Assembly: GCA_964252035.1 (NCBI GenBank)
Contig: OZ176216.1
From: Podarcis erhardii
Lineage: Eukaryota
DNA length: 64,000 nt
Strand: one strand, 5' to 3'
Shown here: positions 49,687 to 62,498 of the stretch, piece after piece
How the letters are laid out: each line of letters starts with the position of its first letter
How positions within the stretch are numbered: the stretch's first letter is position 1
Position numbers and translations under genes: made by a program
The notes under the pieces: model-generated
Told to the model about the DNA's origin: nothing
Databases searched by the model: none
The model's input: only the letters and a program-made list of their open reading frames with translations

Positions 49687-50916
49687 TTTTTTCATGCCAT
49701 AGGCCAAGGCATCAAGCCTCCAGCACCAGATCTTCCTTCAAGAAAGATTGGAGCCACCCAAAACAGCTGCACCAAACCCCCAGTCCCAGCAAAACAATCC
49801 AGAAGGATACCATGGTTGTTGGACATAGTTTCAGGGGGAGCCACCGAGAATACCTCTCTCTCTGCCCTCATTTTATCACAATTAGTTCTGCATGTGAACT
49901 GAACCCAGTGTTAGTTACTGGAAACACAGATTAAACATGATCTTAGGATAATAGGCATTCTCAGCCCCTTCGAAAATCTCTGAGTTCTGCCCCCAGAACC
50001 CTAGCCCCAGGTACCAACATATTATAATACAACAATTGGAAACCGTATTAGGTAGTAATGAAGAGAAAATGATGTTAGAGAGATGGCAGAGAGCATCATG
50101 CCTTAGAGTCCTGATTAGCTCTTGAGCTGCTGCTGCTTCATGCTTTTTTTTTTTCATTTGCTAATGTTGTTAAAGAAAAACAATGCATTTTCTTGGAGCA
50201 GACTGTGCTTTCTCAACCCCTTTGAATGTTGTACATTAACCAGATGAAATGATTAAAAAGAATAAAAGTAGGTGTAGGGGATTGTATCTACATACTCCCA
50301 GCAAACAGTATCTTCCACTTCATCTGTGTCTCCGTTGCGCAGCGCGTCAAAGTCAAAGGCACTTTATACTGGCTGCATCTAAGGACCCCTGTGTGGAGGC
50401 ACTGCCTCAGCAGGATTGTTTCTGTCTTTCACAGTGATCTGCTTTTTGAGCTTGTCTGGGGTGGGGAGGTTTACCTCCCTCTCCCCTTTGTTTAATGATG
50501 TCTGTGTTTTACTGTTGTGGCTCCAGTTACATGGTATTAACCAGAAACATAAGAAAAACACTGTCGTTTGCTAGTTATAACTCACAACCAGTAGAGGCTA
50601 CTGACGTGTTATCTGAGAAAAGCTGGATTAAAGTACTCAAGGATGCTTCTTGAACCAGAGTTCAGTGCCCTACAGAATTGTGAGGCAGTGGTACCTTGTC
50701 TGTGTTCTTCTGTGGGTGGACAACAGCAACCCATGCCCAGCCAACCAGCCACTCTTAGATTTCTCTAAAGCCTTCTGTTCTTCAAGCCAACCGCTTTATC
50801 AGTCATTGTAAATCACAGATGGAGAGACTGTCTCCTTCCATGAGTCCTTAGACTACAGTTCCCATCAAACAAAGAAGAACAGACCTCAAACAAAGATTTG
50901 AACACCTGAACAGCTT

Positions 50917-50964
50917 CATAGAACTATAGAGTTGGAAGGTACCTCACAGGTCATCCAGTCCACC
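50917..50964 (-). mobile_element. CR1-type 3' tail
   Basis: catagaactatagagttggaaggtacctcacaggtcatccagtcca. Confidence 0.7.
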
Positions 50965-51200
50965 AGTTTCATTGATGCTCACATCTGGCAGCATACTTGA
51001 GTCATGACATGTGTTTGTCTTTATACTCCTTTCCCACAGTTACTGCACTCAAGGTGCTTCACAGCAGATGTAAATGTATTAACAATAACATCACTCCCAA
51101 CTTCCACCCCATAACAGTACAAAAATGAAAAAGGAATCTAGCTGAGTATTCAGTGGTTTTATTAATTTCAGTAGTTAATACAATAATGCTCAATTCCTAA

Positions 51201-51275
51201 CATAGAATCATAGAATTGTAGAGTTGGACAGGCCTGTGAGGGTCATCTAGTCAACCCCCCTGCAATGCAGGAATC
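51201..51275 (-). mobile_element. CR1-type 3' tail (CR1 or tRNA-CR1 SINE)
   Basis: catagaatcatagaattgtagagttgga...ggtcatctagtcaacccccctgcaatgcaggaat. Confidence 0.8.
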
Positions 51276-52020
51276 TCAACTAGATCATAGACCAGATCAA
51301 CCATTTGTTTTAGTAGAATAAATAACAATATGGTAGTGACAGCATTACATTCACAATTCATTCGTTTATCCAAACTCACAAAAACAGTTTAGCATAAAAA
51401 GGCCAATAGGCCTATGGCCTAATAAGTTTATTTCCTCCTAAGAGGCTCCATGAACTCACAGAAAGTCTGCTAACCCTATTTTTTAAAATGCTCAAAGCTA
51501 GACAGAAACAGGCCCCATGAAAAAGGCACTGTCGAGAGAAGCAGACATGGTGTCTGCTTGAACAGGGTTAACACCTAAATGTACAAGACAAGGTGGAGGT
51601 GAAGGAAGTCAAAGTGACTTATTTAAGAAGAAAGGTGATGGGAAGCTTTTGGAGGTGGGAGATAGAGCCAGGATTAGAAACAAGGTCTTTGCTCCAGACC
51701 AGGTAGGTTATTTTGGTCTCAAAGGTGTGAAGTAAACAAAGTTCCCTAAAGGGAATGCCAAGTACCTTGAAGTAACTTTGTATGAATATGAAACCCAGCC
51801 AGGATTCATTCAGGTCTCTCATTTTGTACTAGAAATCAGGAATAAATGAAGACTAGTCCACACACGGATAAGCCATGCTAGTGCATCTTTACTTATCACT
51901 CCCCCTTCACTTTTCTCTTGGTGCAAGCAGAAGTACAAGTCATGAATCCTTGGCTTGATGTTTCCCCCCTCCTTGCTAGCAAACCATGATCAGAATTTCT
52001 TCAAGAGAGATAACAATCTT

Positions 52021-52915
52021 TGTCATGACTCCAGAGTCCGTCCATCCGTGATCAGGACACAAAGTCTGAGGCTACAGTGCTACCAGCTAAGGAGCCAGAC
52101 CAGGTTCCTTGCTCTGAGCCTCATGTTGTTGAGAGGCCAGCTGAACCTTGAGGTTGGGAAGGCAGGAGCTTGCTGAACCAGATCCCACAGCACCAGGACC
52201 TGTGAAACGAAGGGTAGAATATTCACAGTGCGCAGAGAGTGCACTAGGTAGGAGGCCTTAAAATGTTGGCCGTTTAATAAGAGAGCCCTGTTTTCCACAA
52301 AGGGGTGGAGCCTAGGAGAGGTGAACTGGGAAGCAGAGCCTCCAAGTAGCTGTGTTTGCTTCCAACCTTTGTCAGAGCAAGTTGTTACTAGGAGTAATCC
52401 TTGGTGAGTAACCTGCCTTGCCCTGGGGGCTCCTCTGTAAGCCAGTGCATCTGGGGGGGAGGAAAGAGAGAGTGATTGGCAGCAGGCACTAGCATGCTAC
52501 TTCATCCCATTAAGCCATTAACCAAGGCTTGCCGTTATGTGGGAATGAGGCCACTATCAGAAGGAAAATAAGAAAGGAAAGTCTTTGCACCAAGCCTAGA
52601 GCACATGCTTTGCTTTCAGAACGAACTCTCCTTTCTCTGGATCTCTGTGTAGAAACTACCACTATTAAGAATACTGTGGTGCCCCACTAGGGGCAACACC
52701 GTATAACCCGTTCTTCATAGTGGTAGTTTCTATGAGATCCAGAAATCTAACTCATGGTGAGTGGGATGCTCTTGTCGGAAGCCCTGGAGAGCGCTGATGG
52801 TTTGGTTCACCTTTTTCTTTTTTCTTTTGTCCGACTCATGTTTATTCTGAATAAACATTTAGAAGTGTGACTATAAAATATCTCTGAGTTGCCCTCAGAA
52901 CAGTGTTATGAGACA
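52021..52915 (+). mobile_element. Putative solo LTR (Gypsy-like)
   Basis: Starts TGTCATGAC, ends GTTATGAGACA; AATAAA at 52850-52855; 4-bp flanks tctt / gctt. Confidence 0.45.
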
Positions 52916-53522
52916 GCTTAATATAGGTATAGTAACAACAATAATAATAATTGCTTTGTGTTTCATATTAGTTCCAGGGATAGCCAGTTTGATTTCCCTG
53001 GTCCAGAGGGCTAGGCTTTCGTGTACAGGAAACCTTTGGTTCACGTTCCGGCTTAGCCATGAAACTCACTGTGTGAAGCAAAACTGCCATTCCGAGATGC
53101 CTGGGGGAAAGGGTGGGATATAAAGGTAACCAGTCATTTAAAAATGTATTCTAATATAGTGTTCCTCCCCTCCTCAAAAAAGAGTCTCACCAGCGAGTGT
53201 TTATTTTTATTCTTGACATGTAAATATAGAATTCCAGTCTCAAAGATAACATGCATTTGGCCTTAAACTATTTTCTTTCTCGCTCCCCTCTTTTACCACT
53301 GATGTGTATCTTCCCACAGACACAACTGATGGTTAATGGATTAAAAGTCTGGCAGGCTGGTAGAAAAACTGACTGCAAACAAGAAAGTCTGCTCTTGAGT
53401 ACTTGACACTGCTGATCAGAAATGAGTTTCCTTTTAATGTATCTGTTGCTTTGTGTCTCTCTGCTTTGAGAGCAGCGTTGATCAAATACACAAGCAGTTA
53501 AACTGGAATCAGTTCTCGCTTT

Positions 53523-53573
53523 TTCCTTCCTTCCTTCCTTCCTTCCTTCCTTCCTTCCTTCCTTCCTTCCTTC
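53523..53573 (+). repeat. (TTCC)n microsatellite
   Basis: About 12 units read directly. Confidence 0.95.
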
Positions 53574-54964
53574 TTTATCTTACTCAGCAGCCCTGTATTA
53601 GGACCACCTTTTCTCTGTGTTTATTTTATCTCCCTGTAAAGGGCAAATGTAGTTTGAAACCATTGAAAACTTGCACTGGTAAGTTATGGAGATTATTGAT
53701 TGAAGCCAGCCAAAGACTATGTAGAGTTGATTTCCTTTCTGAGCATCAGGAAATTAGTCTGGAGGACAAAGTTGACTCCTTGCCTGGCCAAGATGTTGCC
53801 AGGGGGGCGCTAGGGAAAGGGCAGCGGAGGCTGTGCACAGTGAATGATGGAATGTATTGTGTGCAATTCTTTCGGCTCAGCCTTCAGAGTCTGACAAACT
53901 TCGCTGGTTTAGGGAAAGTGACAAAGTGAAGTAAAGTCGGTGCTGTTAAAAACTCTTCCTCCATGAGCTACGGGTTGTTTTTCGTGTGGTCATCTGTAAT
54001 TCTGGAGGTAATACTAAACAAAATGTCTGCTGCATGCTGCACTGGATTTACTGTGAAAGCTTTAAAACACTCTTTTCTGTGTGACCTTGACACCCTCGAC
54101 ATTATATCTGAGTTGAAAACATACATCTTGGGGAGAAAAAGAGGGGAAGAGAGATTGGGTCTCTATGGAAAAAAGTGAGTACAGAAGAAAAGAGGGGAAA
54201 GCTGAAGTTGTCAGTTGCCAATTGTACTTCTTAACTGTTAGTTTTGAACAGTGCCGAAAAGCCTGCTATTGCGATGGTAACAATAGCTTTGTCAAAGCAC
54301 TTCCAGACTTGACTCTTTGACTCGGTGTAAATGAGCGGCATGTGTTCATAAAACTAGTTGATGCTGAGGACCTTGTTGGAGGTGGGGTTTTTTGGCCATA
54401 CTTTTGAAATCTGTATCTCTCGTGCTCTTGAGTGCTCAAGATCTTTGTGTCATTCTGTCAAGTCCCATATGTCCTGCTTGGGAGTGCAAGGCACAATGAG
54501 AAGCGAAGTGTAGAAGGCCTCCTCTGGTTCCTATGTGAGACTTGTCAGGAACCTCAAACTCTGAGGGATACATGACCAGCTGGGGTTGTCCAGCCTGAAG
54601 GCAAGGAGATGAGCAAGCTGATTCTTGATGTTGGGCTGTAAACTAGAAGGCTAGATATCTGGAGTTCTGCAGAGATGCCTAGTTGATGGGCTTATTTGGA
54701 TTGCTGTTCCTGAGTCTGGCATGGGGCATGAGTGGGACAGGTGAAAAACTCTGCATGCTTTATTGGTGACAGCTCTTTAAAAAACCACTTCAGGTTTCCA
54801 TCCCTAACTAATTTCCATCCCTTAAAGAGGCAGTTCCCAGGCAGGCCAGCAAGCACTTCTCCTTCTTTGGGAACCATCTGTCTGAGCTCTGCAAGGATGT
54901 GGCTTCTTGGGATCTGATAGAGGGTGCTTGTCACAAATGTGTCTAGGAAATGTTTTTAATTTAG

Positions 54965-55085
54965 TTTTGTATCACTCATCTCTTTCCATTATGGCATATT
55001 TGTAGTTCCCAGGCAGTCACCCTTCCACACATCCAGACTTACTTAGGTTCAGTAAGGTGGCCTCATTCTTCTTCTGAGGCCAGGT
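54965..55085 (-). mobile_element. Degenerate 5S rRNA-derived SINE
   Basis: ctttccattatggc...ttcccaggcagtcaccc...ccagacttacttaggttcagtaaggtgg. Confidence 0.55.
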
Positions 55086-55157
55086 CTTGCTTGGGCCCTA
55101 GGACAAAGAACTGGCAGTCCTCAGATGCTGCTTACACCAGCTATCAGGATTAAAAAA

Positions 55158-55285
55158 GATAAGCAGGTAGAGTACGAGACTCTTAATCTCAGGGTTGTGG
55201 GTTTGAGTCCCACACTGGGCAAAATATTCCTTCATTGCAGGGGGTTGGACTAGATGACCCTCGTGGTCTCTCCATGATTCTATGA
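55158..55285 (+). mobile_element. tRNA-Lys(CTT)-derived SINE with CR1 tail
   Basis: ggtagagtacgagactcttaatctcagggttgtgggtttgagtcccacactgggc matches tRNA-Lys-CTT, fused to cattgcagggggttggactagatgacc...attctatga. Confidence 0.85.
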
Positions 55286-55339
55286 ATGGAGATCTGGTAG
55301 ATAGTGTTTGTGTTTCACCTTTGACTGGAGTTACCAGTT

Positions 55340-55341
<2 letters not shown>

Positions 55342-55377
<36 letters not shown>
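55342..55377 (+). repeat. (GT)18 microsatellite
   Basis: Read directly. Confidence 0.95.
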
Positions 55378-55379
<2 letters not shown>

Positions 55380-55413
55380 GTGTAAGTTCCATTCCTCCAA
55401 TGGTACTCCGTAC

Positions 55414-55620
55414 CATAGCTGTCAACTTTCAGATTTGAAAATAAAGGATCAGCAGCCTCGAAAATAAGGGATCAGCACGGGGAGCCTCGAAAATAAGGGA
55501 TCAGCAGCCTCACCTGTCCCGGGGACAGTCTATGGGATATCTAACAATCCAGGATAGCAGCGGGAAGCAGCGCTGGAATAAGGGAATTTCCCACAAAAAA
55601 AGGGAAGGTTGACAGCTTTG
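55414..55620. mobile_element. hAT MITE with internal tandem repeats
   Basis: TIRs CATAGCTGTCAACTT / AGGTTGACAGCTTTG; 8-bp flanks ctccgtac / ctccatag; three gaaaataagggatcagcagcctc-type units at 55437-55511. Confidence 0.85.
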
Positions 55621-57687
55621 CTCCATAGAGATGTTAAATAAGAGTAACTGCGGGGGGGGGGGGGGGGGAGAGAAGTCAGGTCCAGTGGAACCAAGTCAGT
55701 TTTTTAAAAAAAACACTGAACCAAATTATTATTTGAGCACTGATAGGCTAGCGCTGTCATTGCTTTTCTCCCTTGAGCAACTGTAACGCATGGGCATTGC
55801 TAAAACTAATCTGCAGCCTCCAATATATATGGAATGGAGAGTATCCGTTTTGCTGAAGAGCATATGACAAAAGTAATCTAAACCATTCTACAAAAATAAA
55901 TAAGTCTGAAAAGAAATCTTTCAATGTATTGTCTTTATAAATATCCTTTAAATTGAGTCTGAATGGTGGTGTGCAAGTTGATGGTATTGGAGAAGCCTGT
56001 TGAAATGCATTTCACACTCACAGTTATCATTGAATGTATAGAGTATGTTTAGCTCATGCTTCCAGCCCTCCGTCCCCGTCCCCCGTCTCTCCTTTTCTCA
56101 TTCATTTGGTGATTTCAAAGTGATGATTGGCAGATCAAAGATGGTGATATTTCTTCCACAAAAATACCCTAGTTTTGATTGATCTGTGAGAGCAAGCAGT
56201 CTAAGGGCAGGACAAATAGCTCAATGGATGTACTAGACTCTGGGTTGTTTTAATTGCAATTTCTACTAACTAGGGATGAGTGCTCCCTTGCCAAGGTACA
56301 ATTTGGAACAATTTGGATCTCTTTTTAAAGCAGATTAATTTGGAGAATGACTAGCAGAAATCCAAAATCAACCATATTTAACTGGTTCCATTTTGAATCA
56401 GTGACACGCCTCACACCCCTGGCTCTCCTAAGCTTCTGGGAGGCACCTGAGATCCCCTCATGGCAATCCCTGGGAGCCCTTCCTGAAAAGCACCTCGTTG
56501 CCTTGCTAAAGTTATGGAAGTGGTAGAATGAAAGAACAGGGAATTTCTGTGATCAGATCTCTTCTGGGCCATCTCAGAACTCCTGAGAGGTCAACCTCCA
56601 GTCCAAAAGGAATCTGGAAAGGGTGGATTCTATAAATCTGGAGTTTGAATCCTTTCATCCATTTGTGCCATTTACCCATTCACTAATACTGATTCATTTA
56701 TGAGCTGTTATGAGGGCCCTCTGGAAGTGGAAAAGCAGTATAGAATAAAAAATAAAAAATATTTCCCCATAATCTATTCTCCATAATCTATTGGCCTTTT
56801 TTTGTTTTTAAAGGAGGCCCTGGTGGAAAGTGATGCTTGGTGAACACTACAACCCCCTCAGTCCGTACATTATTAGTATATTTTATTTTATATTCTCACA
56901 GGGCTTTCCCCTCAGGGTTGACCTCTGATTGCTGCCTTCTTGTACGTATAAAGAAGTTGAGAGGACATGGGAGATAATAGAATTATGAATGGCAAGATTT
57001 TGAGCAATCAATAAATGTGTTTGCCTAAGAGTCCTCTCCTTGTGTTAATTTGGTGTTGCCATGGTGTCTCAAAATGGAGGATTGTAGGTCATTCTGCAGA
57101 AACAGAGGGCTTGCACAAAATGTGCCGATCCTCATGGAAGGCAGATAATGCATTACGCACAACCTTCAGCTGAATGATAAATTGCCTCTTTATCTGGTGT
57201 TGTCCAGGGAGATCCACTGCAGAAAATTGAAAGAGATGTTTCACACCACCAGCTAACGTTATTTTGGAAGTGGACCAAAAATCACACGCTTCAGACTTGA
57301 AATGTATTTAAGTGTGTGCAGTGTCATAGTGGTATTTCTTCACTGAAGCCAAATGAGGGGGAGGAAAAGGAGAGAGATTAGTCACCTTAAAATTTAACTC
57401 ATTGTGTTAATGAATTGCTTTATTATTTCTGAGCACTTTGTGTATACATAATTAATTGTCTACAAGCATTCTTATTTTGGGTTTTGGGTTTTTTAGAAGG
57501 AGAAGATAATTATGTATGCTTTCATTTAAAACATTTACTAGCTGCTGTTGTATTAAAATCATATTCAAAGTATCTTACAACAACAATGAAAATGTGAAAG
57601 ATAAATGTGCAGGAACAATAAATTATTACCTTCAATCTAAAACTTAAAGGCAAGTGTAAGCTATCCGTCAAAAATAGTGCTCTGATG

Positions 57688-57764
57688 GTGTTTCCTGCTT
57701 GGCAGGGGGTTGGACTCGATGGCCCTTGTAGTCTCTTCCAACTCTATGATTCTATGATTCTATG
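57688..57764 (+). mobile_element. CR1 3' tail, young and 5'-truncated
   Basis: cctgcttggcagggggttggactcgatggcccttgtagtctcttccaactctatgattctatgattctatg. Confidence 0.88.
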
Positions 57765-58082
57765 AAAAATAAGAGACATAAAATGTCAAGTTTTGTATAA
57801 CTTCTCCTATCCATTGAAAGCCCTGTCAGACAGATACATTTGAACTTGTCTCTTGAATGATACAAGGGTTGGTGCTTCCTTTACTGGTCCAGGAAGGGCA
57901 TTCCTCAAATAGACCATCATCACTGTGTAATAAAGTTCATTTCCCAATCACCACCTGCCTGAGTTCACCTGGAGGCAGAGATGTACAGAAGTGCCACTGA
58001 TATGAATTTTAAACTTTGGGCAGGTTGAAATTCAGGTGGGAGAAGATGATCCTTTAAGCTTTCCACAAGCAAGATACTATAT

Positions 58083-58236
58083 ATTTTATTTTATTTTATT
58101 ATCCCATCCTTTCTCTAAAGTAGCTCAAGACAGCACACATGATTCTTTCCCTACATTTTTACATCCCTAACATGGATCACTGGGAATTTGAACCAGCGTC
58201 TTCCCAATCCTACTTTGACACTGTCATCTTACTAGG
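58083..58236 (-). mobile_element. Old MIR/Squam3-like SINE, internally deleted
   Basis: (atttt)n tail, tatcccatcctttctc...gctcaagacagcacacatg...gggaatttgaacc. Confidence 0.55.
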
Positions 58237-59293
58237 TACTTTGGAGAACTCTGTTTTATTATATTTTGCGTGTCCTGAATTTGGTTTATTACAGCATGTT
58301 CTAGGGCTCTTCTCCCAGTTGTCTTATTCCTGCTTTAGTTGTTTCCATAGTGCTGTTAACTTTGCAAGTTTAGGGTGTGGGGGAAGATGGGTCAAACATT
58401 GGGGAGGGATTGTGGACAAGACTGAAGTGCAATACTTAATGTGGACCTTTACCATACATCTATATTATACAAAAGAGAAGTAAGTAAATATTTATGTATG
58501 AGAGAGAATTCTTTATTTCCACCTATGATTGCTTCTATTCTTGAATCCTGAAATGTTGAGCTTTTCTTTTAAGTAAATGCTTAATACTCATGAATGTAGT
58601 CACAGGTTCAACATTATGACAGTAAGAGTCTGAAAGAATTGGAATCAAGGAGCTAAGCAAACAGAAGGGCAGATTCATTATGTTCCTTGTTAATTGATCC
58701 AGGCGTCACCCCATGATGAGTGATTTTCCTTACTTAGTCTTTTTTAATTCCCTTATCTTGAATGCACTCCATGGAAAGAACATTCTATTTCTTATAGTTC
58801 AGTTTGGTATATAGAACTTCCGTAACAACAGTGTTTGAGAGAGGAGTGAAGAAGTCTCTGTATCAGTATTATTCAGTTCATGTTTTTCACATTTGGGTTG
58901 GAAACAATTTCAGAGCATTGTAAGAATAAGTGCAGGACATCTGCTAACAGTAGTTTTGCATCTGCTGGGTTCTGTGAAAACTACATATAAAATGCAAAGT
59001 ATGTGCAATTAAAACATTCAAGTTTAGTGTGACCCTCCTGCCTCTGGTTTCTCAAGCAGACGTCAGTTCTGAACAAGTTGTTCACCCCTGATATATGTGG
59101 GCTTGTAGCTTCAAGACAGTGAATGTCTTTGATTTATGCTGTAATTAATTAATATGCATTTATTACCAACCCTTAATGAAAGGGCAGCACAAGGCAGGTC
59201 ATTTTATTCAGAAATTTGAGTTTAAAAATCAAAAGCATAAATGACTAGTACATTAATTTCTCAAGCTGAAATCTGGGATTCCTTTGGAAGTTG

Positions 59294-59294
<1 letters not shown>

Positions 59295-59324
<30 letters not shown>

Positions 59325-59336
59325 TGTATGTATGTA
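59295..59336 (+). repeat. (TATG)n microsatellite
   Basis: About 10 units read directly. Confidence 0.95.
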
Positions 59337-61389
59337 TTTACTGTCCTGCCCTTCCTCTCAAATGAGGGAGCAAGAAAAAATAGTCTTGATGGACCAGACT
59401 TCCCTGAAAGATCAACTGTTTGCCATAACCCCACGCCACAACAGGCAGCTTACAGGGAAATCCCGGGTGTGATTCTAAGTGTGTCTCTCTCTCTGTAAGG
59501 TTCAACAGGCTGAATGGCATCCTGAGACTTAGTGTGAAACATAAGAGCTAAACAGCAGAGCCTCTTAAAGCAGGGGCTGCAGCCTTGCACTTCTTGGTGG
59601 TAAAAAAGACCTCAGACTTCTCCTCCTAGAGGACGGTTGGAGAACCTCTTTCAACCCAGGTGGCTTGAAAGAGGAAATGGAAATAGCTAGGAAGTGCTAG
59701 TATCCCAGCTGAAAGATGTAGGCTGCCTGCACATCCCCTCTCCTTCCAAAGGAAGCAAGAGGAGGGATTATGAGCTGCAAGCCCCAGCACTGCTTCTGAA
59801 GGAATGCAGAAGCAGCACACTCCAGAGACACTCCAGAGCTCACTGTGGATCATACAGAGATGGGAAGCACAGTGAAGGTTTGTCACTTTTCATATAGAAA
59901 TGTGGGTTGTCAGAAAACAGGAAAGCGGAGAGGAAAGATGGAAGGCAAGAATCGGAAGTGTGCAGCCAATATATGTTTTGCTCAGGAACTGATAGTGTTA
60001 AATTCAAACATCTTAGTAGATGCTTGCAGCAAATCCCCAAAATGCTGCTTAAAGTCCCAAGTTGCACTGGGGTTCTGCATGGTCAGTGCAATGAAGAAAA
60101 CTGGGGTGGGGGGCAGTATAAACAGACATGCACATATGCAACTCTCATGAAGATTCCTGAAGTTTAATGTATGGCACATACACAAAGAAATGACAGTCTA
60201 AAGAAAAAAAAGTCTGAAAGTTACGTGTTATTTGATGTGGGTGGGTTTCGGATTACAGGAGTCAAGAGTTCATTCTGGAGGCCATGTAAGTTTTCAGACA
60301 TCTTCTCTGAAGTGATCTTCTAATAACACATTTATATGGGTACAAACATTAGTAAAGTCTAAAGAGACAGATTTACTTACTAGGCAGTACTGACTAGGTG
60401 AAGATATATTTTGGCTGGTATAAGGCCGATTCCTGTGTTCCTTTGATTGCAGCCTCCGTTTTACACACACCCCACCAGCATGAAGAAAGCAAGTATTTGT
60501 AATTCTTTAATGCTTCCATTACCTCATGGCCAGCAGATTTGGCCACACTTTCTGTCTTAATTGGCTGTTGATGTCATAGAACATGGCTCCTTGTCTTCCT
60601 GGTGCAGGAAACTCCTTTTTCTTTCCCTGGCTTTTTCCTGTTTGTGTCTGGTGTGAGTTTGCACATGCGTGCGTCTAAACAAATCTGGTGAAATTTGCAT
60701 TTGTATACAGTTAGTTCATGCCAATAAACAAAACCTATTCCCAGTAAGATGTGTTCTTATTTTATGATGATTGGATTTACTGCAGGAAGTATTCTGAAGA
60801 TTCTCTGTAATTAGAGTCTGGAGGGTTTAAGGAGCTGTTTTTGAAATTTCCTGACACTCAGAGCATGTGTGTTTGATCTTTATAGCCGCCCCCCCCCCCT
60901 CTTAGCTTGCAGCTCAATAATGTCTGCGTATCTTATATAAAACACAAGGAAGCCAGAAACAAAATGTGAATGTAGTGTTCTGTCTCTGTGTGACTCTTCC
61001 TCCGTATGGACTGGGGCAGCTGTCTTTGCTAAATGCATATGAGCTAAACACTTGTAACATTTATCTCTGTCCTGAAGTAATTACTATTTATATCCACATT
61101 CTCCTCAAAGTGGGCTGCAGTCACCTGGTTGATTCTTACTTTTCTTTAGAGGCAAGCTTCCTACCTGTCTGACTTCATGAGCATGGATTTTTAAGTTTCT
61201 GTGAGCAGAGATGGTTCTCAACTTCTTCTCAATTACTGGTGATCATTTGCTGCTATTGTTATCGTTATTCTTGTTAATTTGACAAGGAGAAAACAGTATA
61301 TACATTGCATTTGTTCCTCCCTGATGTGTGTTCTTTGTGTGTGGGGGGGGTAGGTGGCATTTATGAGGGTAAGAAAATACATTAACAAT

Positions 61390-61506
61390 TTTATTACAAC
61401 TTTCTATTCACCCTACGAAGTAGGTTAGACTGAGAAATGGTGAATGGTCCATTGTTACCCAGCAGCCGTTGTGATTGAGTGGGATTGACGTTCTAATCAC
61501 CACACC
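61390..61506 (-). mobile_element. Old MIR-like SINE remnant
   Basis: caccctacgaagtaggttagactgagaaatggtgaatggtcc...gagtgggattga...ctaatcaccacacc. Confidence 0.5.
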
Positions 61507-62368
61507 AAATTGTTCTGAATAACCCTCACTGAGAATATCAGAAGCATTTTCGATTCTTATCATGAAACAAGACAAGTTGCTTAGGTAGAGGGGTAGCCTG
61601 TCCGAAATGGAAACAGTTTGGGGGCATTTCTCTCGGATATAACAGCGCTGAGAAGCTTCCCTTCAAGCGGCAGGTCTGCTTTTCACAAGCCCTTTAAAAC
61701 TAACAAGTTGTTTTGTTTTGAACAAATAACATCTCCCAGAGATTGATCCATAAATAAATTGTGTGTCTATAACTGTCCCTCAAGAACAGTGTTTATGGGG
61801 CAATTTGTTGGAGTGACTGACTCAATCTAGGGTGTGTGTGTGTGTGTGTAGTATAAAACAGAGATTACCTTTGTAGGTTTAAAGAACACTGAGCTCATAC
61901 ATTGAGGCAGAAATGGGTCTTTCATGCTGATAGGAATTTTGGTTGCTTTAACATGTACTTTGCCTTGCTGCAGAGCATTTCACAAGAAAGAATGAGAAGG
62001 GTTAGTTGAGTTGTCAGCGCTCTTTAGCTAAAATATGGAGACCATTTTAAATGTCATTTCAAAGCAAGCCTTTATTGTGATTAACTGGCATAAATCAGTA
62101 ATGAGTAAATAATGTAAAATATTTATTTTCATTAGCTGTTTGCTTAATGGCATTAATGCATTGGGAATGCCTTCCGGGCTTGGGGGCTGAGAGGATAGAA
62201 AAGTGTGTTTATATGTAAAGCATTTCACCTCATCGCAGTGGATGGCTTTGGAAACAGCCAAAGAGCACATTGCCATTCAGTTCGTGAGTACATAGGAAGC
62301 TATCTTTGAGTGGAAGAAAAACACATTGTGCATTCTGACCCTGCTCTTAATACAAACAAATATTGACT

Positions 62369-62487
62369 GTGGATAGCTCAGTCAGCAGAGCGTGAGACTT
62401 GTAATCGCATTGGGCTAAAGAATTACGCATTGTAGGGGGTTGGACTAGATGACCCTTGTGGTCTTTTCCAACTCTACAGTTCTGCGA
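62369..62487 (+). mobile_element. tRNA-Lys/CR1 SINE, internally deleted
   Basis: gatagctcagtcagcagagcgtgagacttgtaatc...cattgtagggggttggactagatgaccc...ccaactctac. Confidence 0.7.
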
Positions 62488-62498
62488 TAGAACTTTCT

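Noticed and set aside
53797-53812. CTCF-like tgccaggggggcgcta
   Set aside because: It matches only the 3' half of the motif; the CCACYAG part is broken.
55158-55225. tRNA-Lys gene
   Set aside because: The 5' acceptor strand and D arm are degraded and the sequence is fused to a CR1 tail, so it is a SINE head.
55652-55668. Poly-G run as a functional G-quadruplex
   Set aside because: A simple homopolymer, prone to slippage and sequencing error, with no supporting context.
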